In this document: positions 22,430 through 33,054 of the stretch, piece by piece
Position numbering within the stretch: position 1 is the first letter of the stretch
Layout: each line of letters starts with the position of its first letter
Assembly: GCA_035703635.1 (NCBI GenBank)
Contig: DASSXV010000025.1
Location: 1 to 64,000 of the forward strand
DNA length: 64,000 nt
From: Trueperaceae bacterium
Lineage (GTDB): Bacteria > Deinococcota > Deinococci > Deinococcales > Trueperaceae
Reading direction: 5' to 3'
Translations under genes and position numbers: made by a program
The notes under the pieces: model-generated
Seen by the model: the letters and a program-made list of their open reading frames with translations, nothing else
What the model was told of the DNA's origin: nothing
The model's database searches: none

Positions 22430-23535
22430 AGCTCCTTCTGCACCATGCGGTATGTCTTATTGTGCACCCCACCAGAGGCCTCGATCGCGCGGTTGATGGC
22501 GTGATTGTCCTCTAACGTCCAGCCGCATTCGCCTTCCCTGATGCCGACCTGGTACGCGCGCTTGACCGACTCCTCGATGAGGATGAGGTCGAAGCCCCGG
22601 TTACGGTGCTCGGGCAACACGCCCAAGATGACGAGGCGCGCGCGGTTCATGATCTGCTTGCGGCGCAGCAGCGGCAAGATGCCAGTGACGAGGCGGCCGT
22701 CGAAGTGCGCGAGGACCTGGTTGAGGTCAGGCACGGCTATCGACACGGCGACAGGTTCGCCCTTGTACTCGAGGAAGAGCGCCAGCTCGGGGTTGACGAT
22801 CATCTTCAGCTCGTCTGCCATGTGCGCTATCTCGGCGTCGGTGAACGGCACGTTGCCCCAGTTCTTCTCCCACGCCGCGTGGTGGATCTTCTGTAGCAGC
22901 ATGACTTCGGCGTGGAAGTTCTTGAGGTCGGCTTTGCGGATGACGGGTTGGTAACGCTCCCGCGAGCGCCTGACCAGGCGCGCGACGCGCTCGGGCAAGA
23001 CGCCCTTGTTCTCGAAGTGAAAAGTGTAGAGGTCCTTGACCTTCGCGTAGCCAGCCCCCGTTGCGAGTTCAAGGTAGCCGCGCGGGTTCTGCGGCATCAT
23101 CACGTACGGTTTCTCTTCGAAGGCGTCGACCTGGAAGCCAGCGCCGTCGTTCATCGTCGGGTTGGCTGGGCCCCTGACCGCCTTACGTCCAAGGCCGCGG
23201 GCCTCGGCTTCGACGGCGGTGAACAGCGCCTTGGCCGTCTCGGCGTCCTCGGCCTCGAAGAACCCGAAGAACGCCACGTTATCTTCCGGGTGCGTGGCGT
23301 TGTGCAAGTCGTCGTCGATGCACGCGATGCGCCCGACCACGCGGCCAGCACGCCGCGCGAGGTAATAAGTCGCGCGTGCGTGCTCGAAGAACGGGTTCTT
23401 CTTGGGGTCGAGCAGTTCGAACTGCGAAACGCGTAACGGCGCCACCCAACTCGGGTCGGCAGCGTACTTGCGGTACGGGTAGAGGACGAACTCCTTGAGC
23501 GCCTTGCCGCTGGTTACGCGTTCTACGTCGACCAT
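22426..23535 (-). CDS. GNAT N-acyltransferase of the bacterial ceramide synthase (bCerS/YghO) family
   Basis: DPSWVAPL, KNPFFEHA, VVGRIA, FFGFFE, RGPANP, AWEKNWGNVP, PDLNQ, LGVLPEHRNRG, WTLEDN; 6 nt downstream of spt. Confidence 0.82.
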   Translation of the reverse strand: MVDVERVTSGKALKEFVLYPYRKYAADPSWVAPLRVSQFELLDPKKNPFFEHARATYYLARRAGRVVGRIACIDDDLHNATHPEDNVAFFGFFEAEDAETAKALFTAVEAEARGLGRKAVRGPANPTMNDGAGFQVDAFEEKPYVMMPQNPRGYLELATGAGYAKVKDLYTFHFENKGVLPERVARLVRRSRERYQPVIRKADLKNFHAEVMLLQKIHHAAWEKNWGNVPFTDAEIAHMADELKMIVNPELALFLEYKGEPVAVSIAVPDLNQVLAHFDGRLVTGILPLLRRKQIMNRARLVILGVLPEHRNRGFDLILIEESVKRAYQVGIREGECGWTLEDNHAINRAIEASGGVHNKTYRMVQKEL

Positions 23536-23541
23536 CGACGG

Positions 23542-24777
23542 CTAGATTACGCCGAAGCGCCGCCCGACATCGGCGAAAGCGTGAAGCAACGTGTCGAGTT
23601 GTTCGTCAGTGTGGTTGGCATTGACACTAGTGCGGATGATGGACTTGCCCGGCTGCACGCCGGGTGGGAGGGCGGGCGTCGTGAACACGCCCAACTCCCA
23701 TAATGCCTTCCAGAACGCCATCGCCAGTTCGTCAGGACCGATGAGAACGGGCACGATAGGCGTCTGTGACCCGAGGGTGTCGAAGCCAAGCGCGTTCATG
23801 CCCGTGCGCAGGCGCTCGACGTTGCGCCACAAGTGCTCGCGGTGCTCCGGTTCCGTCTCGATGATGTGGAGCGCTTCTAGCGCCGCCGCCATCTGCATGG
23901 CGGGCAGAGCAGCGGTGAAGATGAACGGGCGGGCGTGGTGCTTGACGTAATTGACGACGGCATGATCGCCGGCCATGAACCCGCCGACGCTAGCGAACGA
24001 CTTCGAGAAGGTGCCGACGAGCACGTCGACTTCCTTCTCCAACCCGAAGTGCTCGCCCGTCCCGCGGCCGTGGTCGCCGAGCACGCCACTGGCGTGAGCG
24101 TCATCGACGATCAGGCGCGCGCCGTAGCGCCGCTTCAACTTCACGATGCCTGGCAAGTTGGCGATGTGGCCGCTCATGGAGAACACGCCGTCCGTGACGA
24201 TGATGCGGCCGCCCGGCTTGTCGACGTCGGCCTCGAGCAGGCGCTCAAGGTCATCGAGGTCGTTGTGCTCGAACTTGCGCAAGGTGGCGTAGGAGAGGCG
24301 CGCAGCGTCGTAGAGCGAAGCGTGGTTCTCGCGGTCGTAATACAAGATGTCGTGGCGCCCCGCGAGCGCCGAAACCACCGAGAGGCAGCCGAGGTAACCG
24401 GCGCTGAAGGTCAGCGAGTCTTCCTTCTGGAAGAAGTTGGCTAGGCGGTGCTCGAGCTGCTCGTGGAGCGTGAGCGTGCCGGTGAGGAACCGCGAGCCGG
24501 TGCAGCTAGTGCCGAAGTCATCGAGTGCGCGGCGCGCTGCCTCTTTGAGGCGCGGGTCTTGCGTGAGCCCGAGATAGTCGTTCGAGCCGGTGATGACCAT
24601 GTCGCGGCCGGCAACACGGACGCTGCCGCCGTGCTGTGACGCGATGGGTTTGAAGTACGGGTGCATGCCAGCTGCTACGGCTTCGTCAGCCCTGCGGAAC
24701 TGGAACGCCTTCGCGAAAGCGTCCTGCGCCTTGGCTTGCGGGGCACCATCCCTCTCATTGCGTGATACGTCTGACAA
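23542..24777 (-). CDS. spt: serine palmitoyltransferase-type alpha-oxoamine synthase
   Basis: HPYFKPI, GSNDYLGLT, GTSCTGSRFLTGT, NHASL, DDAH, GTFSKSFASVGGF (PLP lysine), ARPFIFTAALP; GGAGG before TTG 24777. Confidence 0.8.
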   Translation of the reverse strand: MSDVSRNERDGAPQAKAQDAFAKAFQFRRADEAVAAGMHPYFKPIASQHGGSVRVAGRDMVITGSNDYLGLTQDPRLKEAARRALDDFGTSCTGSRFLTGTLTLHEQLEHRLANFFQKEDSLTFSAGYLGCLSVVSALAGRHDILYYDRENHASLYDAARLSYATLRKFEHNDLDDLERLLEADVDKPGGRIIVTDGVFSMSGHIANLPGIVKLKRRYGARLIVDDAHASGVLGDHGRGTGEHFGLEKEVDVLVGTFSKSFASVGGFMAGDHAVVNYVKHHARPFIFTAALPAMQMAAALEALHIIETEPEHREHLWRNVERLRTGMNALGFDTLGSQTPIVPVLIGPDELAMAFWKALWELGVFTTPALPPGVQPGKSIIRTSVNANHTDEQLDTLLHAFADVGRRFGVI

Positions 24778-25024
24778 AGGTCCCTCCATGGACGGGCGCT
24801 CGGGTGCGCGCATCGTAGCACCTGACGGGGCGAGTGCGCGGCCGAGCCAAGCGTATAGAAGTCGAGCGGTCCTTACAACCTTGTAGGCCCCAACGGGCCT
24901 TTCTGGATGTGAACCAACTGACACCGCCGCGGCCAGCACCCGATTGATAGAATCGCCTCGTGCCTTTCATGGCTATGAGTTCTCGCCACGTTTCAGTCCC
25001 GCGGCGCGTAATGCGCCTGGAGGG

Positions 25025-25555
25025 GTGACTAGTTTGATACCACTGCTTTCTCAGGTGCGGACCCGGCCCGTCACCTTGGCCGACGCACCCCTCGTCCACG
25101 AGCTCTACGTGGCCACACCAGGCTATTTCGACATCATCTCCATCCCCGTCCCGACCTCATCGGAAGTGAGCACCGACTTATCGACCGCCATCGAGGATCC
25201 GCGGCGTTACGTCGAACTCGTGCTCTTGGAGCCGGAGGAGGCGGGGCCAGAATGTGGGATCGACCCCGTGTCGGGGGCGGCGGTCGTCGGCTACCTCGAT
25301 TACAAGCTCGATTACCCGCAGGAGGGCGACGCGACCGTCAACCTGCTGCTCGTACGCTCCGGTCTGCAAAGCCACGGGGTCGGGAGCGCCTGCGTGAGGA
25401 ACCTCGAGGAGCGTCTTCGCGGCCGCAGCGGCCGCCTGCTTGCCAGCATCTACGGCGAGAACCCGCGGGCTAGGCGCTTCTGGGAGAGCCTCGGCTACCG
25501 CTTCGCGATCGACGCTAGGCCCCTGCTCGAGTGGTACAGCAAGAGCCTGACGTGA
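25025..25555 (+). CDS. GNAT N-acetyltransferase
   Basis: LLLVRSGLQSHGVGS, NPRARRFWESLGY; GGAGG before GTG 25025. Confidence 0.82.
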   Translation: MTSLIPLLSQVRTRPVTLADAPLVHELYVATPGYFDIISIPVPTSSEVSTDLSTAIEDPRRYVELVLLEPEEAGPECGIDPVSGAAVVGYLDYKLDYPQEGDATVNLLLVRSGLQSHGVGSACVRNLEERLRGRSGRLLASIYGENPRARRFWESLGYRFAIDARPLLEWYSKSLT

Positions 25556-25559
25556 CCGA

Positions 25560-26480
25560 ATGAGCGAGCGCGCCCTGCAGGTCGTAAGCGTGTCTTTGGG
25601 TTCAGTCAAGCGCGATACCGATCAAGTGGTCGAGGTACTCGGCCGCAGGGTTCACTTGCGCCGTGTAGGCACGAACGGCGATCTAGCTGCCGCCGAGGCG
25701 ATGATCCGCGAGCTAGACGGCAAGGTCGACGCCATCGGGCTTGGCGGCATCGACCTCTACTTCGCGGTCGGCGAACGCCGATATTACGTGAGAGACGCCC
25801 TGCGGCTGGCTAGGGCGGCACGAGAGACGCCTGTGGTTTGCGGTGCTGGCTTGAAGAACACCCTCGAGCGGCTGAGCATCAGGTCACTGGCAGGTAGCAT
25901 CGGCTGGCGCGGGCGCAAGGTCCTCATGGTGTCTGCCGTGGACCGCTTCGGCATGGCGGAGGAACTGGCCAGTCAGGGCGCGGACGTGTTCTATGGCGAC
26001 GTCGTCTTCGCTCTCGGCCTGCCGGTGCCCGTCAGGACGCTGCCTGGCCTCGTCCGCTTGGCCAACGTCCTGGCCCCAGTCGTGGTGCGTGTGCCCTTCA
26101 AATGGCTCTACCCGACGGGCAGCGCGCAGGAGAAGGCGCCCGACGGCCGCAAGTTCGCCAGGTACTACGATTGGGCCGAGGTCTTGGCCGGCGACTGGCA
26201 CTTCATCAAGCGGTACGCCCCTGAGTCGCTGGCAGGAAAGGTCGTCCTCACCAACACGACCACTCCAGACGACGTCGAGTTCCTACGCCAGCGCGGCGCC
26301 GCTGCCCTCATCACGACCACCCCGCGCTTCCAGGGGCGCAGCGTCGGCACTAACCTGCTGGAGGCCGCGTTCGTCGCCATGGAGGGCGCGAAAGCGGAGT
26401 TGAGCCCAGCGCGTTACCAGGAGCTGATCGAGCAGGCGCGCCTACTGCCGACCCGCATCGACTTGCAGACCTCGGCGTAA
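25560..26480 (+). CDS. conserved protein of unknown function (family often auto-annotated 'quinate 5-dehydrogenase')
   Basis: VVSVSLGSVKRD, RRVGTNGD, GLKNTLER, AGDWHFIKRYAP, GRSVGTNLLEA; family recognised from memory. Confidence 0.6.
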   Translation: MSERALQVVSVSLGSVKRDTDQVVEVLGRRVHLRRVGTNGDLAAAEAMIRELDGKVDAIGLGGIDLYFAVGERRYYVRDALRLARAARETPVVCGAGLKNTLERLSIRSLAGSIGWRGRKVLMVSAVDRFGMAEELASQGADVFYGDVVFALGLPVPVRTLPGLVRLANVLAPVVVRVPFKWLYPTGSAQEKAPDGRKFARYYDWAEVLAGDWHFIKRYAPESLAGKVVLTNTTTPDDVEFLRQRGAAALITTTPRFQGRSVGTNLLEAAFVAMEGAKAELSPARYQELIEQARLLPTRIDLQTSA

Positions 26481-26619
26481 CCGCGGAGCACCGCAACGCA
26501 AGCGCCCGGCCGTGGCGGGTCAGGTGGTAGAGTGGCCCGTCTAGAACCTGCTACCGCGCGGTCCGGAGGCCCCTTGGCTTAGAGTCGTGACCGCAGTGTG
26601 GCGAGTCGAAGGAGCTTAG

Positions 26620-27176
26620 ATGATCAGCGTGACTGACTTGCGGAACGGCACCAAGGTCGAGATGGACGGCGGCCTGTGGGAGTGCATCGATTACCAGCAT
26701 CAAAAGATCGGGCGCGGCGGCGCCAAGATGGTCGCCAAGTTCCGCAACCTGGAGACCGGCTCTATCGTTGAGCGCTCCTTCAACGCTACCGAGAAGCTGC
26801 AGGACATCTTCATCGAGTACAGGCAGATGAACTTCCTGTATGCCAGCGGTGACGACTACACCTTCATGGACCTCGAGAACTACGAGCAGCCCGTCCTCAC
26901 CCGTGCTCAGATCGGTGACGGCGCGCGGTTCCTCAAGGAGAACACCGAGGTTACGGTCGACTACTACGCCAACAAGGCACTGAAGGTCACGCTCCCCAAC
27001 GTCGTCGAGCTGGAGATCGTGCAGACCGACCCGGGAGTGAGGGGCGACACCGTCTCTGGTGGCACCAAGCCAGCCAAGCTCGAATCCGGCGCCACCGTCA
27101 ACGTGCCGCTGTTCATCGAACAGGGCGAGGTCGTTCGCGTAGACACGCGCTCGGGCGATTACCTCGGTAGGGCCTG

Positions 27177-27177
<1 letters not shown>
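26620..27177 (+). CDS. efp: elongation factor P
   Basis: [41 protein letters not shown]. Confidence 0.98.
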
Positions 27178-27659
<482 letters not shown>

Positions 27660-27675
27660 GCCGGGTGTGAGCGCC

Positions 27676-29013
27676 ATGTTCCGGAAGATCCTCATCGCCA
27701 ACCGCGGCGAGATCGCCTTGCGCGTCCTCCGCGCCGCGCGCGAGCTTGGCGTGCAGACGGTCGTCGCCTACTCGACTGCGGACGAGAACTCGCTGCCCGT
27801 GCTGTTGGCGGACGAGTCTATCTGTATCGGCCCTGCGCTAGCCGCCGAGAGTTACCTCAACGTCAGGAACCTCCTCGCCGCCGCGCTCGTCAGTGGGGCA
27901 GAGGCCATTCACCCTGGCTACGGGTTCTTGGCGGAGAACGCCGAGTTCGCCGCCATGTGCGAGGAGCACGGCCTAACCTTCATCGGGCCGCGGCCGGACA
28001 GCATCTCGCGCATCGGGGACAAGGCCTCCGCCCGCGCCCTTGCCGTCGAAGCGGGCGTGCCCGTCACGCCAGGCAGCGAGCCGCTGCGCGACTTGGCAGA
28101 CGCCGCGCGCTTCGCCGAGACCATCGGTTTCCCGCTCATACTGAAGGCCTCCGCTGGCGGCGGCGGACGCGGCATGCGCGTGGTGCATAGCCATGCCGAC
28201 CTCGACAGGCAGTTCATCAACGCCCAAGAGGAAGCGCGCGCTGCTTTCGGCAACCCAGAGTTGTACATGGAGAAGTACCTCGAGGAGCCGAAGCACATCG
28301 AGATCCAGGTGTTCGGCGACGGCAACGGCGAGGTCGTGCACCTCTTCGAGCGCGACTGCTCCATCCAGAGGCGCTACCAGAAGGTGCTGGAGGAGGGCCC
28401 GAGCACGCTCGACGACGAGCTGCGCAACCGCATCGCCGCTGCGGCCGTCAAACTAGCGCGCCACATCGAGTACCGCGGCGCTGGAACCTGCGAGTTCCTC
28501 GTCGACCGGGAGGGCAACTTCTACTTCTCCGAGATGAACACCCGCATTCAGGTCGAGCACCCGGTCACGGAGATGATCACGCAAACCGACCTCGTGCAGG
28601 AGCAACTGAGGGTGGCGGCGGGCCTTGGCATGCAGTTCAAGCAGGCCGAGCTGGAAGTGCGCGGCCACGCCATCGAGGTCCGCATCAACGCCGAGGACCC
28701 AGATCACGACTTCAGGCCGAGCGCTGGCGTCATCACCGACGTCCACTGGCCAGGCGGCCCCGGCATCCGCGTCGACTCGCACGTTTACGCCGGCTACCGC
28801 ATTCCTCCCAACTACGACAGCTTGGTCGCCAAGATCATCGCGTGGGCGCCAAGCAGACCGGAGGCCATCGCCCGCATGGAGCGTGCCCTCAAGGAGACCG
28901 TCATAGAGGGCGTGAAGACGACCGTGCCGTTCCACCTCAAAGTCCTCGACAACGCCTTCTTCAGGCGCGGAGCCGTCTACACCAACTTCATCGCACGTAG
29001 GATGAGCTCATGA
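27676..29013 (+). CDS. accC: acetyl-CoA carboxylase biotin carboxylase
   Basis: KILIANRGEIA, HPGYGFLAEN, GGGGRGMR, EMNTRIQVEHPVTE. Confidence 0.98.
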   Translation: MFRKILIANRGEIALRVLRAARELGVQTVVAYSTADENSLPVLLADESICIGPALAAESYLNVRNLLAAALVSGAEAIHPGYGFLAENAEFAAMCEEHGLTFIGPRPDSISRIGDKASARALAVEAGVPVTPGSEPLRDLADAARFAETIGFPLILKASAGGGGRGMRVVHSHADLDRQFINAQEEARAAFGNPELYMEKYLEEPKHIEIQVFGDGNGEVVHLFERDCSIQRRYQKVLEEGPSTLDDELRNRIAAAAVKLARHIEYRGAGTCEFLVDREGNFYFSEMNTRIQVEHPVTEMITQTDLVQEQLRVAAGLGMQFKQAELEVRGHAIEVRINAEDPDHDFRPSAGVITDVHWPGGPGIRVDSHVYAGYRIPPNYDSLVAKIIAWAPSRPEAIARMERALKETVIEGVKTTVPFHLKVLDNAFFRRGAVYTNFIARRMSS

Positions 29014-29357
29014 GCCAGACCGCCGATCTCGCCATCTCCCCGGATGTCCTACTCAACATCACGCAGCTCGCCGTCGAGCAGGTTGGGGGCGTGCGCCCAA
29101 CGCAACCACCTGCGCGGGTGGGCGAGTTCTTGGGTGGCCGCCGTCCGCGCGGCATCAACATCGAACGCGAAGGCGACGACCTGTGGATCGACCTGTCACT
29201 AGCCGTCAGTTACGGCAGCGAGATCCCGAAGGTGGCGGCCGCGGTTCAAGGCGCCGTCCGCGAGGCCATCGGGTCGATGACTGGGTTGGTCGTGCGCAGC
29301 GTGAACGTCGCCGTAGAGAGTGTCGAACTTCCGGACGAGGACGTCGAGCGTGGGTAG
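29010..29357 (+). CDS. Asp23/Gls24 family protein
   Basis: YGSEIPKVAAAVQ, MTGLVVRSVNVAV; usual accC-asp23-nusB order. Confidence 0.88.
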   Translation: MSQTADLAISPDVLLNITQLAVEQVGGVRPTQPPARVGEFLGGRRPRGINIEREGDDLWIDLSLAVSYGSEIPKVAAAVQGAVREAIGSMTGLVVRSVNVAVESVELPDEDVERG

Positions 29358-29844
29358 ACGCCAGGCGCGCGAACTGGCGTTCCGCACCCTGTTCCAGTCC
29401 GAGCGCGGCGCGGAGCCGCTGCTTGACGTGTGGCGCAGCGTGAGGATCGAACTGGCCGAGGAGGACGACGAACCGGACGATGCCGTGTACGGCGAGGCCC
29501 TCGACCAGAGCGACCTGGCGTTCTCCGAAGAGTTGTTGAAGGCGTTCAATGCTGACCGCGAGGCTTTAGACGGCGAGCTAGCCGCGGCCATCACCGGGTG
29601 GTCGTTCGGCCAGATGTCGCAGACGGACCTCAACGTCTTGCGCATCGCTCTGACCGAGATGCGGCACGGCACTGAACCTCCAGAAGTGGCTATCGAGATG
29701 GCCGTGCGCCTCGCGAAGAAGTTCGGCGGCGACGAGTCCGGCCGCTTCGTGAACGGGGTGCTCGCCAAGCTCCTGCGCGTCGGTCACAAGCTTGGGGGCG
29801 AGCAATCGGTAGCCAGCGGGAGCGAAGATGAGCCAAGCGCCTGA
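29350..29844 (+). CDS. nusB: transcription antitermination factor NusB
   Basis: RRQARELAFRTLF, DLNVLRIA, AVRLAKKFG, FVNGVL. Confidence 0.95.
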   Translation: MGRRQARELAFRTLFQSERGAEPLLDVWRSVRIELAEEDDEPDDAVYGEALDQSDLAFSEELLKAFNADREALDGELAAAITGWSFGQMSQTDLNVLRIALTEMRHGTEPPEVAIEMAVRLAKKFGGDESGRFVNGVLAKLLRVGHKLGGEQSVASGSEDEPSA

Positions 29845-30676
29845 GGCCGTCAGGCTAGACGGCAAGGTCGTGTCTGCTGCCACCGTGGAGCGGCTGCGGG
29901 CCCAGGTCGCAGGGTTGGCTTTCGAGCCGCAACTAGTGTTCGTGCGCGTGGGCGATGACCCGGCGAGCGCGTCGTACGTGCGCTCCAAGGAGCGAACGGC
30001 CGCGCGCGTCGGCGTGCGTTCACGAACGGTCGTCTTGCCAGCCGGCACGAGGACGGACGAGGTGCTGGCGCTGGTAGCTGACCTCAACGCAGACGGCGAC
30101 GTCGACGGCATACTCGTTCAACTCCCACTGCCTGGCGTCGACGCGGCCGCCGTGCTCGAGGCCATCGATCCGGCGAAGGACGTAGATGGGCTTCACCCCA
30201 TGAACGTCGGACGCCTTTGGAGTGCTGGCACGGGCCTGGCGCCCGCTACTCCGTTGGGCGTCTTAGCCCTCCTCGATCATTACGGGGTCGCCATCGAAGG
30301 CAAGCACGCGGTGATCGTCGGGCGCTCGAACCTCGTAGGCAAGCCGCTGGCGGCCCTCCTTCTGCAGCGCAACGCCACCGTGACGGTCGCGCACTCGCGC
30401 ACGCGTGACTTGGGTGAGGTGACGCGCCTCGCGGACATACTGATAGCCGCGGTAGGCAGCCCGCGCCTGATAACTCCCGAGATGGTCAAGCCGGGGGCCG
30501 CGGTGCTGGACGTGGGCTTGACCCGCGAGGAGAACGGCATCGCCGGTGACGTGAGCCCGGCCGTGGCGCAGGTGGCTGGCTTCCTGACGCCCATGCCCGG
30601 CGGAACGGGGCTCATGACCGTCGTCATGGTTATCGGCAACACCATCAAGGCGGCGCTCGCGAGGCGCGCGGGGTGA
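29828..30676 (+). CDS. folD: methylenetetrahydrofolate dehydrogenase/cyclohydrolase
   Basis: VGDDPASASYV, GILVQLPLP, KDVDGLHP, GRSNLVGKP, TPMPGG. Confidence 0.96.
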   Translation: MSQAPEAVRLDGKVVSAATVERLRAQVAGLAFEPQLVFVRVGDDPASASYVRSKERTAARVGVRSRTVVLPAGTRTDEVLALVADLNADGDVDGILVQLPLPGVDAAAVLEAIDPAKDVDGLHPMNVGRLWSAGTGLAPATPLGVLALLDHYGVAIEGKHAVIVGRSNLVGKPLAALLLQRNATVTVAHSRTRDLGEVTRLADILIAAVGSPRLITPEMVKPGAAVLDVGLTREENGIAGDVSPAVAQVAGFLTPMPGGTGLMTVVMVIGNTIKAALARRAG

Positions 30677-31116
30677 GCGGCATCCTCGGCAACTTGCCGC
30701 TGTGGGCCGCGCTAACGGCCACCGTGGCCGCGCAGCTGCTCAAGGTCACGCTCGTGCTGATACTGGAGCGGCGCTGGGCGCCCGAGCGCCTACTCGACAC
30801 AGGCGGAATGCCGTCGTCGCATACGGCTTCCGTGGCGGCGCTGGCAACCAGCATTGGCGTGCTGTACGGCTGGGGTAGCCCCACGTTCGCGATAGCCGCT
30901 GTGTTCGGCTCGATCGTCATGTACGACGCCACGGGCATCCGCCGTGCCGCTGGGCAGCAAGCAGAGGCCATCAACGAGCTCGTGAGGGAGCTCGGGCACC
31001 TGTTCGACGCGCGCTTCCAACCGCGAGCCCTCAAGACGCTGTTGGGCCACACGTACCCGCAAGTGTTCGCCGGCGCCCTCCTTGGGATCGCCACGGCGCT
31101 GCTCATGACCCTGTGA
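30673..31116 (+). CDS. divergent PAP2 (DUF212) membrane protein
   Basis: GGMPSSH, VMYDATGIRR, LLGHT. Confidence 0.9.
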   Translation: MSGILGNLPLWAALTATVAAQLLKVTLVLILERRWAPERLLDTGGMPSSHTASVAALATSIGVLYGWGSPTFAIAAVFGSIVMYDATGIRRAAGQQAEAINELVRELGHLFDARFQPRALKTLLGHTYPQVFAGALLGIATALLMTL

Positions 31117-31945
31117 CCGGTTGATTGCCTGGCGCAGGGTCGCCTGCTAGGGCGGCAGGTGCCTCCTCGCCGCGCGCGGCCGTATGCGCCACCACCGCCG
31201 TGGTCACCCGACTGGCGCCTGCTGCTAGTAGCGCCGCCTTGGCGGCCTGGAGGGTGGCGCCGGTCGTGAGGACGTCGTCTAGCAACAGCACGCGTCTGCC
31301 TGCCAAGTACCGCGCCGTGAAGGCGTTCGCTAACTCCGCCTCGCGCGCTGCCCGCCCCTGGCCCGCCAACTTGGTGGTTGCCCGCACTCGAGTGAGCACG
31401 CTGGCGTGGGGCAAGCCCAAGCTGCTCGCGCAGCTGCGGGCCAAGAGCTCGGCCTGGTCGTAACCGCGCTGGCTGCTGCGCTGTTTAGTGGTCGGCACGT
31501 GCGTGACGAGTTGGGGAGTCCAGCCTGCTGACCGCACGCGGCTGGCTAAGAGGGCGCCTAGGAACGGCGCCAAGCGCCGGGCGCCGCGGTACTTGAGGGC
31601 CTGCACGAGGCGGCGCCACACGCCAGCGTAAGGGCCGAGCCACAGTGACTCGCCCGAGGCGACGGGTAGCGCCGCGACGGCCCGGCGGATGATGGCGGTG
31701 CAGTCCGAGCAGAGGCCGGTCAGTTGGGCGGGTCGCGCCTGACATGCGCTGCACGGCGCGAGCCCAGCGAGCAGTGCGGGGAGCGCCACCGTTGCGCAGC
31801 GCCATGTGATACCGCGCCATGTGAGGCCTCGCCAGCCGCTGCCGCGTGGGGCCGGTCGCCGCGGGGCCTGGTCCTGGTCGACCGCGGGCGCCGGCCCTAT
31901 GCGCGTGACCCTACCGCGTGACGAGCGGGCGCTAGTACGGGTCAT
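31103..31945 (-). CDS. ComF-family phosphoribosyltransferase-like protein
   Basis: CSAC...LCSDC, LKYRG, RGYDQAELLA, LLLDDVLTTGATL. Confidence 0.85.
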   Translation of the reverse strand: MTRTSARSSRGRVTRIGPAPAVDQDQAPRRPAPRGSGWRGLTWRGITWRCATVALPALLAGLAPCSACQARPAQLTGLCSDCTAIIRRAVAALPVASGESLWLGPYAGVWRRLVQALKYRGARRLAPFLGALLASRVRSAGWTPQLVTHVPTTKQRSSQRGYDQAELLARSCASSLGLPHASVLTRVRATTKLAGQGRAAREAELANAFTARYLAGRRVLLLDDVLTTGATLQAAKAALLAAGASRVTTAVVAHTAARGEEAPAALAGDPAPGNQPVTGS

Positions 31946-32028
31946 GCGTTTAGCTTAGTGGTACGCGTGCCGTGAAGGACGCGCGCGCTAGGCAACTGCC
32001 TAGTCTGTGGCGGCATTAGTGATGATCG

Positions 32029-33054
32029 TCAGGCCGCGCGCTCCGCCAGGTCTTCCAGCAGGGCGGCCAACTGTGAGGCCGCCTGTTGATCTGGCAGGCT
32101 CCCTAGCCACGCCTTCACCCCTGCGAGGCCCCTTGCCGCCCGCGTTTCCGCTACGTTCTGGGCGTGCGTTAGCGAGCCGTGCTCGTGTATGAGCTGCAGC
32201 ACTTCGGCCATCTCGTCAGCTGTTTTCTCGCCCCTTGGCCGCGCCAACAGGCCGATGACGCGCTTCCGCTCCCCACCGCCTAGCCTGGCGAGCAGGTGGG
32301 CGAGAATCAGGGTGCGCTTGCCCTCGTAGAGGTCGCCCGCCGCCTCCTTGCCATAATCCGTGCTTGGGCTCAAGTTGAGCACGTCGTCGCGGATCTGGAA
32401 CGCTACTCCGAGGTCGACGGCCGCCTCCTCGAGCTGGTGAGGCGCGTCGACACCTGCACACAACGCTCCGAGGCGCAGTGGCGTCACGACCGTGTAGTAG
32501 GCGGTCTTGAGGGTGACCATGCGCAGGTAATCGTCTTCCGTCACGTCGAAGGTCCCTGAGCTCACCCAGGCGAGGTCGAGGTGCTGACCGGCAGCGGTGG
32601 CGAGGAGCATGGTGGTGAACTCGTCGAGCAGCGCCGCCCTGTTCGCGTGAGGGCCTTCTGGCAGGCCGAGAAGGTGACGCCACATGAGCATGTGCATGGC
32701 GTCGCCGACGTTGAGCGCAAGCGGCATGCCGATCTCGCGGTGGAGTGCGGGCAGCCCGCGCCGCTCCTCCGAGCCGTCCTCGATGTCGTCGTGAACCAGT
32801 ACCCAGTTCTGGAACAGTTCCAGGGCCTCTGCGAGGCGCATGGCCGCCTCGTCATCGCGCGCACCGTTCGCCCTTGCGGACCACACGAGCAGTTGGCCGC
32901 GCAGCGTCTTGCCGGGCCGCTGCGGGTACTCACGCAGGAGCAGCCGGAAGCGCTCGAGTTCGGCGGCCACTGCCGGACTCGCGCCCGCGCCTGGTACTTC
33001 AAGGGTTGCTATGGCACGCATGACGCCGCGGCGGATGTTGGATGCCAATGTCAC
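32029..33054 (-). CDS. polyprenyl diphosphate synthase
   Basis: GKTLRG, LVHDDIEDGSEERRG (FARM), FQIRDDVLN (SARM), GDLYEGKRT; start 33054 (leaderless) or 33021. Confidence 0.93.
   Translation of the reverse strand: MTLASNIRRGVMRAIATLEVPGAGASPAVAAELERFRLLLREYPQRPGKTLRGQLLVWSARANGARDDEAAMRLAEALELFQNWVLVHDDIEDGSEERRGLPALHREIGMPLALNVGDAMHMLMWRHLLGLPEGPHANRAALLDEFTTMLLATAAGQHLDLAWVSSGTFDVTEDDYLRMVTLKTAYYTVVTPLRLGALCAGVDAPHQLEEAAVDLGVAFQIRDDVLNLSPSTDYGKEAAGDLYEGKRTLILAHLLARLGGGERKRVIGLLARPRGEKTADEMAEVLQLIHEHGSLTHAQNVAETRAARGLAGVKAWLGSLPDQQAASQLAALLEDLAERAA

Noticed and set aside
23542-24777. Calling the alpha-oxoamine synthase bioF or kbl
   Set aside because: GTFSKS and HPYF motifs plus the adjacent bCerS-type gene fit Spt better; no bio or tdh genes are nearby. 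A phylogeny is still needed.
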